Of a DNA stretch of 60,444 bases, positions 1 to 8,444 are shown one piece after another (the stretch's first letter is position 1; each line of letters starts with the position of its first letter). A program made the translations under genes and the position numbers. This DNA is from Anaerolineae bacterium. Its GTDB lineage: Bacteria > Chloroflexota > Anaerolineae > B4-G1 > SLSP01. The DNA lies in assembly GCA_025454475.1 (NCBI GenBank), contig JALOOJ010000002.1, positions 1-60,444 on the forward strand, read 5' to 3'. The notes under the pieces were generated by a model. It did no database searches, was not told where the DNA came from, and was given only the letters and a program-made list of their open reading frames with translations.

Positions 1-339
1 TACCTCGCCGGCGCGAGCGCCGCACGCTATGCGTTGGGCCTGACCACCGTACCCGGCAGAAAGATATCGACCATCGCCGGCGACAATGTGCGCTACGTCG
101 TTCCCCACACCATCAACCCGGCGGCGCTGAGTGAGGGTGAGGTGCGGCTCCAGATGCGGGTCACGCAACCGCTGGAACAGGCCGTGCGCATCGAGGTTCA
201 CGATGGCGAGACGCTCATCGCCCGCCAGGGAGCGCGTTACGCACGCCCGGGCGAGATGGTCAACATCACCCTCCGCCAACGCGACTACGATAAAGTGCGG
301 CTAGCGCAGGAACTGCGCGTCAGCATCACCCCGCGCTAA
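1..339 (+). CDS. C-terminal part of an NAD(P)/FAD-dependent oxidoreductase (truncated by window start)
   Basis: Frame 1 is open from base 1 (YLAGASAARY...) to TAA 339. It sits directly upstream of a DUF1667 gene, the usual arrangement of the FAD-oxidoreductase/oxidoreductase/DUF1667 triad. Confidence 0.65.
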   Translation, partial: YLAGASAARYALGLTTVPGRKISTIAGDNVRYVVPHTINPAALSEGEVRLQMRVTQPLEQAVRIEVHDGETLIARQGARYARPGEMVNITLRQRDYDKVRLAQELRVSITPR

Positions 340-351
340 CGAACCAGGAGG

Positions 352-420
352 GACTGGTGATCGGGGATTGGGTAACTGGATCGCGCCCAGAATCTACGCT
401 TGTCCCCAGTCTCCAATCAC
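352..420. repeat. Heptamer-periodic degenerate repeats forming an imperfect inverted repeat
   Basis: GACTGGT GATCGGG GATTGGG TAACTGG (352-379) pairs imperfectly with CCCCAGTCTCCAATCAC (404-420). Confidence 0.55.
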
Positions 421-450
421 TTGCGCGACACGAAAGGGTACTCTTGCGCC

Positions 451-828
451 ATGACCGAGATTACTGAAAACTTGATCTGCATCACCTGCCCGATGGGCTG
501 CACACTCGAGGTAACCCACGAGGGCAGTACAGTTTTGAACGTCACAGGGAACACCTGTAACCGTGGGCTGGCATATGTACAGCGGGAGCTGACCGACCCA
601 CGCCGTATGGTCGCGACAACGGTTCGCGTCAGAGGAGGACAGCATCCTCTGGTACCCGTGTACACAAGAGAACCCTTCCCCAAGCCGAGGATCTCCGAAC
701 TGCTGGAGGAGATCCGCAAGGTAGATGTTGAGGCGCCGGTCACGATGGCGCAGGTGATTATTGAGGATGCGCTGGGCACCGGCATCGACGTCGTTGCCAG
801 CCGGGACATGCCCCGGCAGAGCCAGTAG
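451..828 (+). CDS. DUF1667 domain-containing protein (CxxC metal-binding)
   Basis: CITCPMGC...GNTCNRG...ELTDPRRMVATTVRV...VPV pattern. ATG 451 follows an AAAGGG RBS-like sequence. Confidence 0.85.
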   Translation: MTEITENLICITCPMGCTLEVTHEGSTVLNVTGNTCNRGLAYVQRELTDPRRMVATTVRVRGGQHPLVPVYTREPFPKPRISELLEEIRKVDVEAPVTMAQVIIEDALGTGIDVVASRDMPRQSQ

Positions 829-861
829 AATCGGGACACCGACACAGGAGGTAATCGAGCC

Positions 862-2331
862 ATGGCGAACACGGAACGACAGAAGCTGACCGGCCCGGAG
901 TACCAGGACGCGCGCACCACGGAGATTCATTCTTCGGAGACGCCGGCCCGGCCCTACAATATCCTCATCATCAATGCCGATACCTACCGGTACGACAATC
1001 TGTTTGATCGCGCGGCCATCCCTGTTGCCACGCCCAACCTGGACGCCTTCGCCGCACGCGCAGTCAGTATGTCGTCGTTCTACACGGGCAGCTTCCCCAC
1101 CATCCCGGAACGCACTGACCTGATCTCCGGGCGCTATGCCTGGCCATGGTATCCCTGGCAGCAGTTGGCAGAGAAGAACCTGATGCCCCAGTTGCTCAAC
1201 CACCACGGTTACGTCACCCAGCTCATCTGCGACTGCCCGCACCTCTTCAACACCGGCTTCAATCGCGTCTTCAACGGCGCTTTTCAGGTTCGCGGACAGG
1301 AGGGCGATGTTCACCTTCTTCATATGAACGATGCCATCGTGCCTATGATGCCTCGCGAAAAGACCCGCACCGGGCACCATTTCCAGGATCGCAACCTGGT
1401 AGACCTTCACCGCTGGACAAACCGTTACCCAACGTGCGAGGAGGAAACCTTCCCCTATCGCACAGCAGCCCACGCAGTGCGCTGGCTGGAAGAGAACGAT
1501 ACGTATCGTCCTTTCCTGCTCTGGGTCGACTTCTTCGATCCGCACGAGCCGTGGGACCCGCCCGAATACATGGTGCGAAAGTACGATCCGACCTACACCG
1601 GGACGCCGATGATGCACCCCAACTATGGGCGCGCTGACGACTACACTCTCGAAGAGCTGCGCAACCTGCGCGCACACTACTGCGCCGAGGCGGAGCTTGT
1701 CGACCGATGGGTTGGCCGCATCTACCAAAAGCTCGATGATCTCGAGTTGTGGGACAACACCATCGTCATCTTCACTACCGACCATGGGATGAGCCTGGGC
1801 GAGCACAACCGCACCGGAAAGAGCAACATCAACGACCGTGATGGTCGCCGCTGGCCACTCTATCCCGAGGTAGCGCACATCCCCTTCCTGATCGCGGCGC
1901 CGGGCCTTGAGGGCGGCACACAGGTTGACCTGCTCGCCCAGCCTGCCGATATCCTACCTACCTTGATCGAGCTCAACGGCCTGTCCGTCGAGCCGCCCCA
2001 ATCGTTCCACGGGCGATCCTTCGCGCCGAGCCTGAAGGGTCAGCTCCAAGAACCCCTGCGCGAGTGGGCCATATGTGGCTGCTTCTTGCGCAACCAGGGA
2101 GACGTCGTATCTCCTACTGCTGTGACGCCCGTCGTCTACACCCACGAATGGGCCTATGCCCCCATCGGACCCGACGGCGTCCCCGAGCTCTTCGACCTCG
2201 AGCACGATCCCTACGCCGAGTCGAACGTGATCGCCAATCACCAAGACATCGCCCAGGATCTGCATGCGAAACTCATCCAATGGCTGCGGGACATCGACGC
2301 TCCCCCCGCCGCCATCGACGTCTATATCTGA
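862..2331 (+). CDS. Sulfatase-family (alkaline phosphatase superfamily) hydrolase with a TxPxR motif
   Basis: Motifs NILIINADTYR, FPTIPERTDLISG, FFDPHEPW, TTDHG and ELFDLEHDPYAE. AGGAGGT RBS upstream. Confidence 0.88.
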   Translation: MANTERQKLTGPEYQDARTTEIHSSETPARPYNILIINADTYRYDNLFDRAAIPVATPNLDAFAARAVSMSSFYTGSFPTIPERTDLISGRYAWPWYPWQQLAEKNLMPQLLNHHGYVTQLICDCPHLFNTGFNRVFNGAFQVRGQEGDVHLLHMNDAIVPMMPREKTRTGHHFQDRNLVDLHRWTNRYPTCEEETFPYRTAAHAVRWLEENDTYRPFLLWVDFFDPHEPWDPPEYMVRKYDPTYTGTPMMHPNYGRADDYTLEELRNLRAHYCAEAELVDRWVGRIYQKLDDLELWDNTIVIFTTDHGMSLGEHNRTGKSNINDRDGRRWPLYPEVAHIPFLIAAPGLEGGTQVDLLAQPADILPTLIELNGLSVEPPQSFHGRSFAPSLKGQLQEPLREWAICGCFLRNQGDVVSPTAVTPVVYTHEWAYAPIGPDGVPELFDLEHDPYAESNVIANHQDIAQDLHAKLIQWLRDIDAPPAAIDVYI

Positions 2332-2401
2332 TTCCCTGGTCCCTATTCCTGATTGCGTACTCGTCTTTTCGCCGATTCGCTCTTTTGCATTAGGAGGCGC
2401 T

Positions 2402-3220
2402 ATGTTGCCACTCTCGTTCACCACACTGGGTTGTCCAGGTTGGACCTTGCTTCAGATCGTCGAGAATGCCGCCGCGATGGGCTACGATGCCATCGACTTT
2501 CGTGGCCTGCTTGGCGCGCTGGATATCACGACCTGCCCTGAGTTCACCTCGGGGCTCGCTGCCACCAAGCAGCTCATCGCCGATCATGGCCTCGCGGTTT
2601 CAGGCATCGCCACGTCGGCGCGGTACGCCGTGGTCGACCAGGACGAGCTGCAACGCAACTTCGACGAGACGCGCCGCAACATGGCCCTGGCTGCCGAGCT
2701 TGGCGCGCCGGTCTTGCGGGTCTATGGTGGCCGTGTGCCCGAGGGCCACACCGTGGAGAGCATCCTCCCCACAGTCGTCCAGAACCTACGCAAGATCGGC
2801 GACGAGGCGGAGGGCTTCGGCGTTACCCTCGCCCTGGAGACGCATGACGACTGGACGGATTCGGCGGTCTTCGCGCGACTGATGCGCGAGGCCGCGCACC
2901 CGCGGGTGCGTATACTCTGGGATCTTCACCACCCCTACCGCACCAATGGCGAACCCGCAGCGTTCACCTACGCCAACCTCAGCCCCTACACTGTCAGCAC
3001 ACACGTCAAGGACTCGGCACCGACGGAAGATGGTGGGCACCAATACGTCCTTCTCGGCGAAGGCGATGTCCCTCTGAAGGAGATGCTCGATCTGTTGGTT
3101 GCCGGTGGCTACAAGGGGTACGCGATTCTCGAATGGGAGAAACGCTGGATCCCGAGCCTGCTCGAGCCGGAAATCGCCTTCCCGCAGTACGTCGCCAAGA
3201 TGCGCGAGTGGTTGAGCTAG
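2402..3220 (+). CDS. Sugar phosphate isomerase/epimerase (xylose isomerase-like TIM barrel)
   Basis: Motifs FTTLGCP, LETHD, LWDLHH, HVKD, GEGDVP and LEWE. AGGAGG RBS before ATG 2402. Confidence 0.88.
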   Translation: MLPLSFTTLGCPGWTLLQIVENAAAMGYDAIDFRGLLGALDITTCPEFTSGLAATKQLIADHGLAVSGIATSARYAVVDQDELQRNFDETRRNMALAAELGAPVLRVYGGRVPEGHTVESILPTVVQNLRKIGDEAEGFGVTLALETHDDWTDSAVFARLMREAAHPRVRILWDLHHPYRTNGEPAAFTYANLSPYTVSTHVKDSAPTEDGGHQYVLLGEGDVPLKEMLDLLVAGGYKGYAILEWEKRWIPSLLEPEIAFPQYVAKMREWLS

Positions 3221-3225
3221 ACGAG

Positions 3226-4839
3226 ATGAACGTCATTCTCATCGTCAACGACACATTCCGGCGCGACCACTTGGGCTGCTACGGCAACGACTGGATCGAG
3301 ACGCCCAACCTCGATGCCTTTGCGGAGCAGGCCATCGCCTTCGACCAGTACTACATTGCCTCATACCCGACCGTGCCCAACCGGTGGGATGTGGCGGTTG
3401 GGCGATTCGGCTTTCCCACGCGGGGATGGGAACCACTGCGCCACGAAGACGTCACCTTGGCGCAGATGCTGGGTCGCGCCGGCGTGCACACGCAGATGAT
3501 TTGGGACACGCCCATGCTCGGAATGCACGACTACAACTACACGCGCGGCTTCAAGGGCATCGAGTTCGTTCACGGTCAGAAGGGCGATCCCTGGATCACT
3601 AACCCGGATCTCCCAATCCGGTTCCCTGCGCAGCCGCACAAGATCAAGTCACCCAAGAGCCTCGACGGCTACCTCCGCAATCACTTCGACCGGCGACACG
3701 AGCGGCAGTTCCCTGTCGCGCGCACGATGGCGCAGGCCATTGAGTGGCTGGAGACCAACTACAACCACGAACGCTTCTTCCTGTATGTCGATATGTGGGA
3801 CCCGCACGAGCCCTTCGACAGCCCATGGTACGACTACCAGCTCTACGCCGCACCGGACTACCGCGGAGACCAGATCACCTACCCGCAATACGGGCGCCCC
3901 ACCTTTATGACCGAGGATGAGGAGCGAAACGTCAAGGCCCTGTATGCAGGTTGTGTCACCCTCGTGGATCGCTGGGTCGGATACTTCCTGGACATGGCCG
4001 AGCGGCTGGGGCTCTTCGATGACACGCTGATCATCTGGACCACCGACCACGGCCATCTCTTCGGGGAACACGACCTGCACGGCAAACCGGGGGCGGAGAT
4101 GGGTAGGCTCTACGAGCCGACGACGCGAATCCCCCTTCTGGTCCACCACCCCGAGGGGCTGGGAGCTGGCGAGCGCATCTCAGGTATCGTGCAGCCCCCC
4201 GACCTGCTGCCCTCTATCCTCGAGTTTATGGACATCGCCGTACCCGATCAGGTGGAAGGGCGCTCCTTCTGGCCCTTGGTCAAGGGTGATACCGGCGAAC
4301 GCACGTACGCCTTCTCGAATCGCTACCCCCAGGGCGCTGAGACATTGGGGGGCGCTGCCTTTGATGGCTGGGTAGGATCCGACCGGACGGTGGAGCCCGG
4401 GACAGTCACCGACGATGAGTGGGCGTATATCTGCATGCCGGGTAGGATGCCTTCTGAGCTTTACCATCTGACGGACGATCCCGAACAGGTTCATAACGTG
4501 ATCGACAACCATCCGGACGTCGCAGAACGAATGAGGTGTGCGTGGCTCTCGTTCCTCGAAGCGCACGGCGCGACCGAGGAGCGCATCCGGCCCTTCCGCG
4601 GGAGTCAGGGCCATGCCCCCGCCGCGGCGCCCGGGAAGCTCTTTGCATTCCGTGATGATCAGGAGAAGTGGATCGCCTTCACGTCGAAAAAAGCCGCCAG
4701 CGAGGCTGCATATCATCCGGCAGCGCCAGGGCATCCACGTGAGATTGAGGAAATAGCCTTCGAGCAACTGCTGGACGACAATCCCCGAAACCTCCTACAC
4801 TTGTACGATCAGTACTACTGGGCCGAGGACTTGGCTTAG
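3226..4839 (+). CDS. Sulfatase-family hydrolase with a TxPxR motif and a C-terminal extension
   Basis: Motifs MNVILIVNDTFRRDHLGCYG, IETPNLD, YPTVPNR, WDPHEPF, TTDHG and ELYHLTDDPEQ. ATG 3226 lies 5 nt after the upstream stop. Confidence 0.88.
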   Translation: MNVILIVNDTFRRDHLGCYGNDWIETPNLDAFAEQAIAFDQYYIASYPTVPNRWDVAVGRFGFPTRGWEPLRHEDVTLAQMLGRAGVHTQMIWDTPMLGMHDYNYTRGFKGIEFVHGQKGDPWITNPDLPIRFPAQPHKIKSPKSLDGYLRNHFDRRHERQFPVARTMAQAIEWLETNYNHERFFLYVDMWDPHEPFDSPWYDYQLYAAPDYRGDQITYPQYGRPTFMTEDEERNVKALYAGCVTLVDRWVGYFLDMAERLGLFDDTLIIWTTDHGHLFGEHDLHGKPGAEMGRLYEPTTRIPLLVHHPEGLGAGERISGIVQPPDLLPSILEFMDIAVPDQVEGRSFWPLVKGDTGERTYAFSNRYPQGAETLGGAAFDGWVGSDRTVEPGTVTDDEWAYICMPGRMPSELYHLTDDPEQVHNVIDNHPDVAERMRCAWLSFLEAHGATEERIRPFRGSQGHAPAAAPGKLFAFRDDQEKWIAFTSKKAASEAAYHPAAPGHPREIEEIAFEQLLDDNPRNLLHLYDQYYWAEDLA

Positions 4840-4884
4840 CCGCAAGCGCATCGGCGCCAGCCGCCGAAAGGACACTTAGCACAC

Positions 4885-6207
4885 ATGCCAAGCAAGCTGG
4901 GAATACACGCAATCATGCCGGGTGAGACCCCCGCTGTCATCCGGCAGCTGTTAGCCAGCGGCACCCGGATGCCTACCGTCAAGGCCGTGGTGTCAATCGG
5001 GTGGCTCAAGGACGTCAAGGAACTCGACCACGAGATCGTCACTGTGGGTCGCTTCATGCGTGGCAACGACCCACGCATCAATGTCGAAGGTCCCGAGCTG
5101 ACCGGCGATCTGAGGAAGAGCGCACAGAAGGTCATGGGCACGCTCTTGCCACGATGGGAAGCACACCGCGACTATGTGGACTACTGGGAGATCATCAACG
5201 AACAGGACCCCACTGGGGCCGATGGCCATCGGCAACTCGGCGAGTTCATGATGCACTGTATGGACATCGCCAATCGAGAAGGATATCATCTGGCGCTGTT
5301 CTCCTACAGCATGGGCGTGCCGGAATGGGACGAAATGAAGGCCGTCGTGGAGACCGGTGTCTTCGGTCAGGCAAAGGTCGGGGGGCACGCGTTCTCGCTT
5401 CACGAGTACGCCGAGCCGATGGATTGTTGGTACGGTGAGCCATTGCCCGGACGGCCCGCCTACCCCAACCGAGGTCCATTGGCGTGCCGCTATCGATGGT
5501 GGTATGAGGACTTCCTCATCCCACGCAACGAGGTCATCCCGCTCTTCCTGACTGAAGCCAACGTCGCCAAGGATCTACCGCTTCTGTCGCAACAGGAATG
5601 GATCGACCAGATGCGCTGGTATGACGCCCGGCTGCGCGAAGACTATTACGTCGTCGGCGCCCACCTCTTTACCCTGGGAAGTGCAGGGTCGTGGGACAAC
5701 TACGACTACGGCAAGTGGCTGCCTGCGTTAGTGGCGCACGCCGTTTCACTAAAGGCAACGAAGGACCCCACCTGGCCCCAGCCAGGCGTTACGCCGCCGT
5801 CGGCGCCCCCCACACCTACGCCAACGCCTCCTACCCCAACACCTACCATCCCAGCGCCGCCTGCGGAGCCAGCGGCGCCAGTCGCGAATCAGCCGCGCGC
5901 CGCTTACAGTAGACACTACCTCCTTCTTCCGCAGAATGCCACGTGGAGCTGGATCGCGGCGTGTCGCCACTACTGGGAGACCTTCAAGGTCACAATCGGC
6001 TTCAGCGCCGATGATGCCGCCTACGGGCCGGGGCTCGAGGAGCGCGCGGTCACTGTCGTCAACGCGCACCTTTGGCCCGACGATCTCAGAGCATTCTTCA
6101 CCACGCACTACCCCGGCACCAAGTTCGATCCCATCGTTGCGACGACGCCGATGCAGCTAGAGGCCCTTCTCAACCAACGGGCAGACCGCGGACGAAGGTT
6201 CGGCTGA
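4885..6207 (+). CDS. Putative clan GH-A-like glycoside hydrolase domain, Pro/Thr linker and C-terminal domain of unknown function
   Basis: WEIINEQ (acid/base-like), SLHEY and LFLTEAN (nucleophile-like) motifs, followed by a PTPTPTPP linker. No obvious signal peptide. Confidence 0.55.
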   Translation: MPSKLGIHAIMPGETPAVIRQLLASGTRMPTVKAVVSIGWLKDVKELDHEIVTVGRFMRGNDPRINVEGPELTGDLRKSAQKVMGTLLPRWEAHRDYVDYWEIINEQDPTGADGHRQLGEFMMHCMDIANREGYHLALFSYSMGVPEWDEMKAVVETGVFGQAKVGGHAFSLHEYAEPMDCWYGEPLPGRPAYPNRGPLACRYRWWYEDFLIPRNEVIPLFLTEANVAKDLPLLSQQEWIDQMRWYDARLREDYYVVGAHLFTLGSAGSWDNYDYGKWLPALVAHAVSLKATKDPTWPQPGVTPPSAPPTPTPTPPTPTPTIPAPPAEPAAPVANQPRAAYSRHYLLLPQNATWSWIAACRHYWETFKVTIGFSADDAAYGPGLEERAVTVVNAHLWPDDLRAFFTTHYPGTKFDPIVATTPMQLEALLNQRADRGRRFG

Positions 6208-6226
6208 TCCGCGGGCTCGGTTCTGG

Positions 6227-6254
6227 TTGACAAAGACCTCAGATCGTGTATACT
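6227..6254 (+). promoter_or_regulatory. Sigma70-type promoter P1 of the tRNA-secE-nusG operon
   Basis: TTGACA-16 nt-TATACT. Confidence 0.75.
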
Positions 6255-6281
6255 ACCGTCTGCTGCGGTAAGGGTGAATCC

Positions 6282-6317
6282 TTGACCCGAAAGTCGGTTA
6301 TGCTATAATCGCGCTGC
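6282..6317 (+). promoter_or_regulatory. Sigma70-type promoter P2 with extended -10 and GC-rich discriminator
   Basis: TTGACC-16 nt-(TGc)TATAAT followed by CGCGCTGC, immediately before tRNA-Thr. Confidence 0.75.
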
Positions 6318-6390
6318 GCCGACGTAGCTCAAACGGCGGAGCATCCGCCTTGTAAGCGGAGGGTTGTGGGTTCAATTCCCACCGTCGGCT
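6318..6390 (+). tRNA. tRNA-Thr(TGT)
   Basis: Acceptor stem GCCGACG/CGTCGGC, TAGCTCA D-arm, anticodon loop CTTGTAA, T-loop GTTCAATTC. Confidence 0.95.
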
Positions 6391-6395
6391 CATAC

Positions 6396-6481
6396 GGGCA
6401 GTTGTTCCGAGCGGCAAAGGAGGCGGACTGTAAATCCGCTGGCGTACGCCTTCGGGGGTTCGAGTCCCTCACTGCCCACCA
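6396..6481 (+). tRNA. tRNA-Tyr(GTA)
   Basis: Acceptor stem GGGCAGT/ACTGCCC, anticodon loop CTGTAAA, long variable arm GGCGTACGCC, GTTCGAGTC, encoded CCA. Confidence 0.95.
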
Positions 6482-6485
6482 GTTT

Positions 6486-6558
6486 GCCCATGTAGCTCAG
6501 TCGGTAGAGCACTTTCTTGGTAAGAAAGGGGTCATCAGTTCAAATCTGATCATGGGCT
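6486..6558 (+). tRNA. tRNA-Thr(GGT)
   Basis: Acceptor stem GCCCATG/CATGGGC, anticodon loop TTGGTAA, T-loop GTTCAAATC. Confidence 0.95.
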
Positions 6559-6598
6559 CAAGGCGGCTGATAGTGCGCCTTTGGCTGCAGGTCGATAT

Positions 6599-6671
6599 AG
6601 GCGAGTAGCTCAATTGGCAGAGCAACGGTCTCCAAAACCGTAGGTTGCGGGTTCAATTCCTGCCTCGCCTG
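6599..6671 (+). tRNA. tRNA-Trp(CCA)
   Basis: Acceptor stem AGGCGAG/CTCGCCT, anticodon loop CTCCAAA, GTTCAATTC. Typical position upstream of secE. Confidence 0.95.
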
Positions 6672-6680
6672 CCTGGAAGA

Positions 6681-6710
6681 CAAGACACCGCCCGTAGAGG
6701 CGGTGTCTTG
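6681..6710 (+). terminator. Strong hairpin between tRNA-Trp and secE (partial terminator or processing/stability hairpin)
   Basis: CAAGACACCGCC-cgtaga-GGCGGTGTCTTG is a 12-bp perfect stem with no U-tract. Confidence 0.5.
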
Positions 6711-6761
6711 AACTGTAGGCCCGGTGTTGGCAGTTTCGAGGTTGATCGTACGGAGGTTTCC

Positions 6762-7055
6762 GTGACCAATACGAAGGAAAAGAAAGAGAATGCGATCGCA
6801 GCGTATTTCCGCTCCACACGGGCGGAACTGCGTAAGGTTCGTTGGCCGACCCTCGAACAAGGGTGGTCGATGACCAAGATCGTCTTGGTCGTAACCTTCA
6901 GTATGGCCATCTTCCTGGGCGTCCTGGACTTCTTCTTTGGCTGGTTGCTGGGTAAGGTCATCAGCGGACAGGTCATCTTCATCGCCCTCGGCATCGTCGT
7001 TGCCATAGCCCTGATCGGCGCGGTATACCTGGTCGGACAAGGCGAAGAGGTCTAG
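6762..7055 (+). CDS. secE: Preprotein translocase subunit SecE (with an extra C-terminal hydrophobic segment)
   Basis: YFRSTRAELRKVRWPT motif plus a TM helix. GGAGGT RBS before GTG 6762. Lies between tRNA-Trp and nusG. Confidence 0.93.
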   Translation: MTNTKEKKENAIAAYFRSTRAELRKVRWPTLEQGWSMTKIVLVVTFSMAIFLGVLDFFFGWLLGKVISGQVIFIALGIVVAIALIGAVYLVGQGEEV

Positions 7056-7858
7056 TGCCCTTGCTACCTGAAGACTACAACGACGAAGAGGAGATCGAAG
7101 AGCCGATCTTCGAAGAGGCCGAGGACGCGATTGGCCCGCTGCCCACGCTTGAGCTTTCGCCAGACGCCATCTTCGAGCGGCTGGGGCTTGATGCCGTAGT
7201 TGCGCCTTCCGACGAGACCGAGGGAGAGGCGGAGCCTGTTGAAGCCCTGCCTCCGCTTGAGTTTGAGGATAGCGTCGAGGAAGTAGGCGTGCTCCCCGAC
7301 CCCTTTGCCGACGAAGAGGTCAAGGAACCGGTCGAAGAGCGAGCATGGTTCATCGTGCACTGCTATTCGGGCTACGAGCACAAGGTGCGACATAACCTGG
7401 AGCAGCGCATTGAGTCGATGGGCATGCAGGAGTTCATCTTCCAGGTCGTCGTTCCCACCGTCGAGGAGATCGAGCTCAAGGACGGCAAGCGGCGTACGGT
7501 CGAGCGCTGTCTCTACCCGGGCTACCTGATGGTGCAGATGAAGCTCTCCGATGACTCCTGGTACGTCGTGCGAAACACGCCTGGGGTGACCGGATTTGTG
7601 GGCATGGGCAACAACCCCACTCCGCTGCGAGCTGAGGCTGTGCAGCGGATCCTTCGTCGAATGGAGTCTGCGGCACCTGAAGTGCGCGCAACCTTCAAGC
7701 GCACCCAGAAAGTACGCATCGTCGAAGGACCTTTTGCTGATTTCATCGGCGTGGTCGATGACATCGATGAGGAGCGGACCAAGGTGCGCGTCCTCGTCTC
7801 CTTCTTTGGGCGTGAAACACCGGTGGAACTGGATTTCCTCCAGGTGGAAAAGGCATAG
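7055..7858 (+). CDS. nusG: Transcription termination/antitermination factor NusG with an acidic N-terminal extension
   Basis: WFIVHCYSGYE, YPGYLMV, VRNTPGVTGFVG and the KOW motif GPFADFIG...FGRETPVEL. GTG overlaps the secE stop. Confidence 0.96.
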   Translation: MPLLPEDYNDEEEIEEPIFEEAEDAIGPLPTLELSPDAIFERLGLDAVVAPSDETEGEAEPVEALPPLEFEDSVEEVGVLPDPFADEEVKEPVEERAWFIVHCYSGYEHKVRHNLEQRIESMGMQEFIFQVVVPTVEEIELKDGKRRTVERCLYPGYLMVQMKLSDDSWYVVRNTPGVTGFVGMGNNPTPLRAEAVQRILRRMESAAPEVRATFKRTQKVRIVEGPFADFIGVVDDIDEERTKVRVLVSFFGRETPVELDFLQVEKA

Positions 7859-7952
7859 TCTCAGGCAGGTAGCGTAACCACTGGGTAAGGCAACGCGCAC
7901 GGCGTAGTGGCGTAGAGCCTGAGTAGGCCCAGATCCAGGGAGTGTTGAGGAT

Positions 7953-8381
7953 ATGGCAAAGAAAAAGGTTAAGGTAGTTGTGAAGCTGCAGATCAATGCC
8001 GGCAAGGCGAATCCGGCGCCCCCGATTGGCCCGGCGCTTGCTCAGCACGGCATCAACCTGATGGGCTTCTGCAAAGAGTACAACGCGAGGACCGCGCATC
8101 TCGCCGGGAACATCATCCCTGCGGAGATCACGATCTATCAGGATTCGTCGTTCACGTTTGAGCTCGGGACCCCACCGACGCCGGATCTGCTGCGCAAGGC
8201 GGCCGGTGTACCCAAGGGATCGGCAGAGCCCAACCGCGACAAGGTCGGCACGATCACCAAGCAGCAACTGCGCGAGATCGCCGAGACCAAGATGCGCGAC
8301 CTGAACGCGATCGACATTGAGGGCGCTGAGTTGCAGATCATGGGCACCGCTCGCAGCATGGGTATCCGCATCCGAGACTAA
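7953..8381 (+). CDS. rplK: 50S ribosomal protein L11
   Basis: [23 protein letters not shown]...GTARSMGI. Confidence 0.98.
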   Translation: MAKKKVKVVVKLQINAGKANPAPPIGPALAQHGINLMGFCKEYNARTAHLAGNIIPAEITIYQDSSFTFELGTPPTPDLLRKAAGVPKGSAEPNRDKVGTITKQQLREIAETKMRDLNAIDIEGAELQIMGTARSMGIRIRD

Positions 8382-8405
8382 GCGCTCGGATCTCTTCGTT
8401 AGACA

Positions 8406-8432
8406 GTGGGAGGGGCAACCCGCTAGGACCAC
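8406..8432 (+). promoter_or_regulatory. L1-binding mRNA leader (autogenous control of rplA)
   Basis: GTGGGAG-gggcaaccc-gctaG-GACCAC, a kink-turn-like mimic of the 23S rRNA L1 site, just before the rplA RBS. Confidence 0.75.
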
Positions 8433-8444
8433 AAGGAGTGCACA

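Noticed and set aside
394-1878. 494-aa minus-strand ORF, and similar long shadow ORFs such as 7064-8005, 27237-28046, 40182-41066, 45668-46525 and 58702-59697
   Set aside because: They lie antisense to well-supported genes and have no recognisable motifs. Long shadow ORFs are expected at this GC content.
6366-6761. ORFs 6366-6608 and 6558-7040, and the 6645 start proposed for secE
   Set aside because: They overlap tRNA genes. SecE has a good RBS at GTG 6762.
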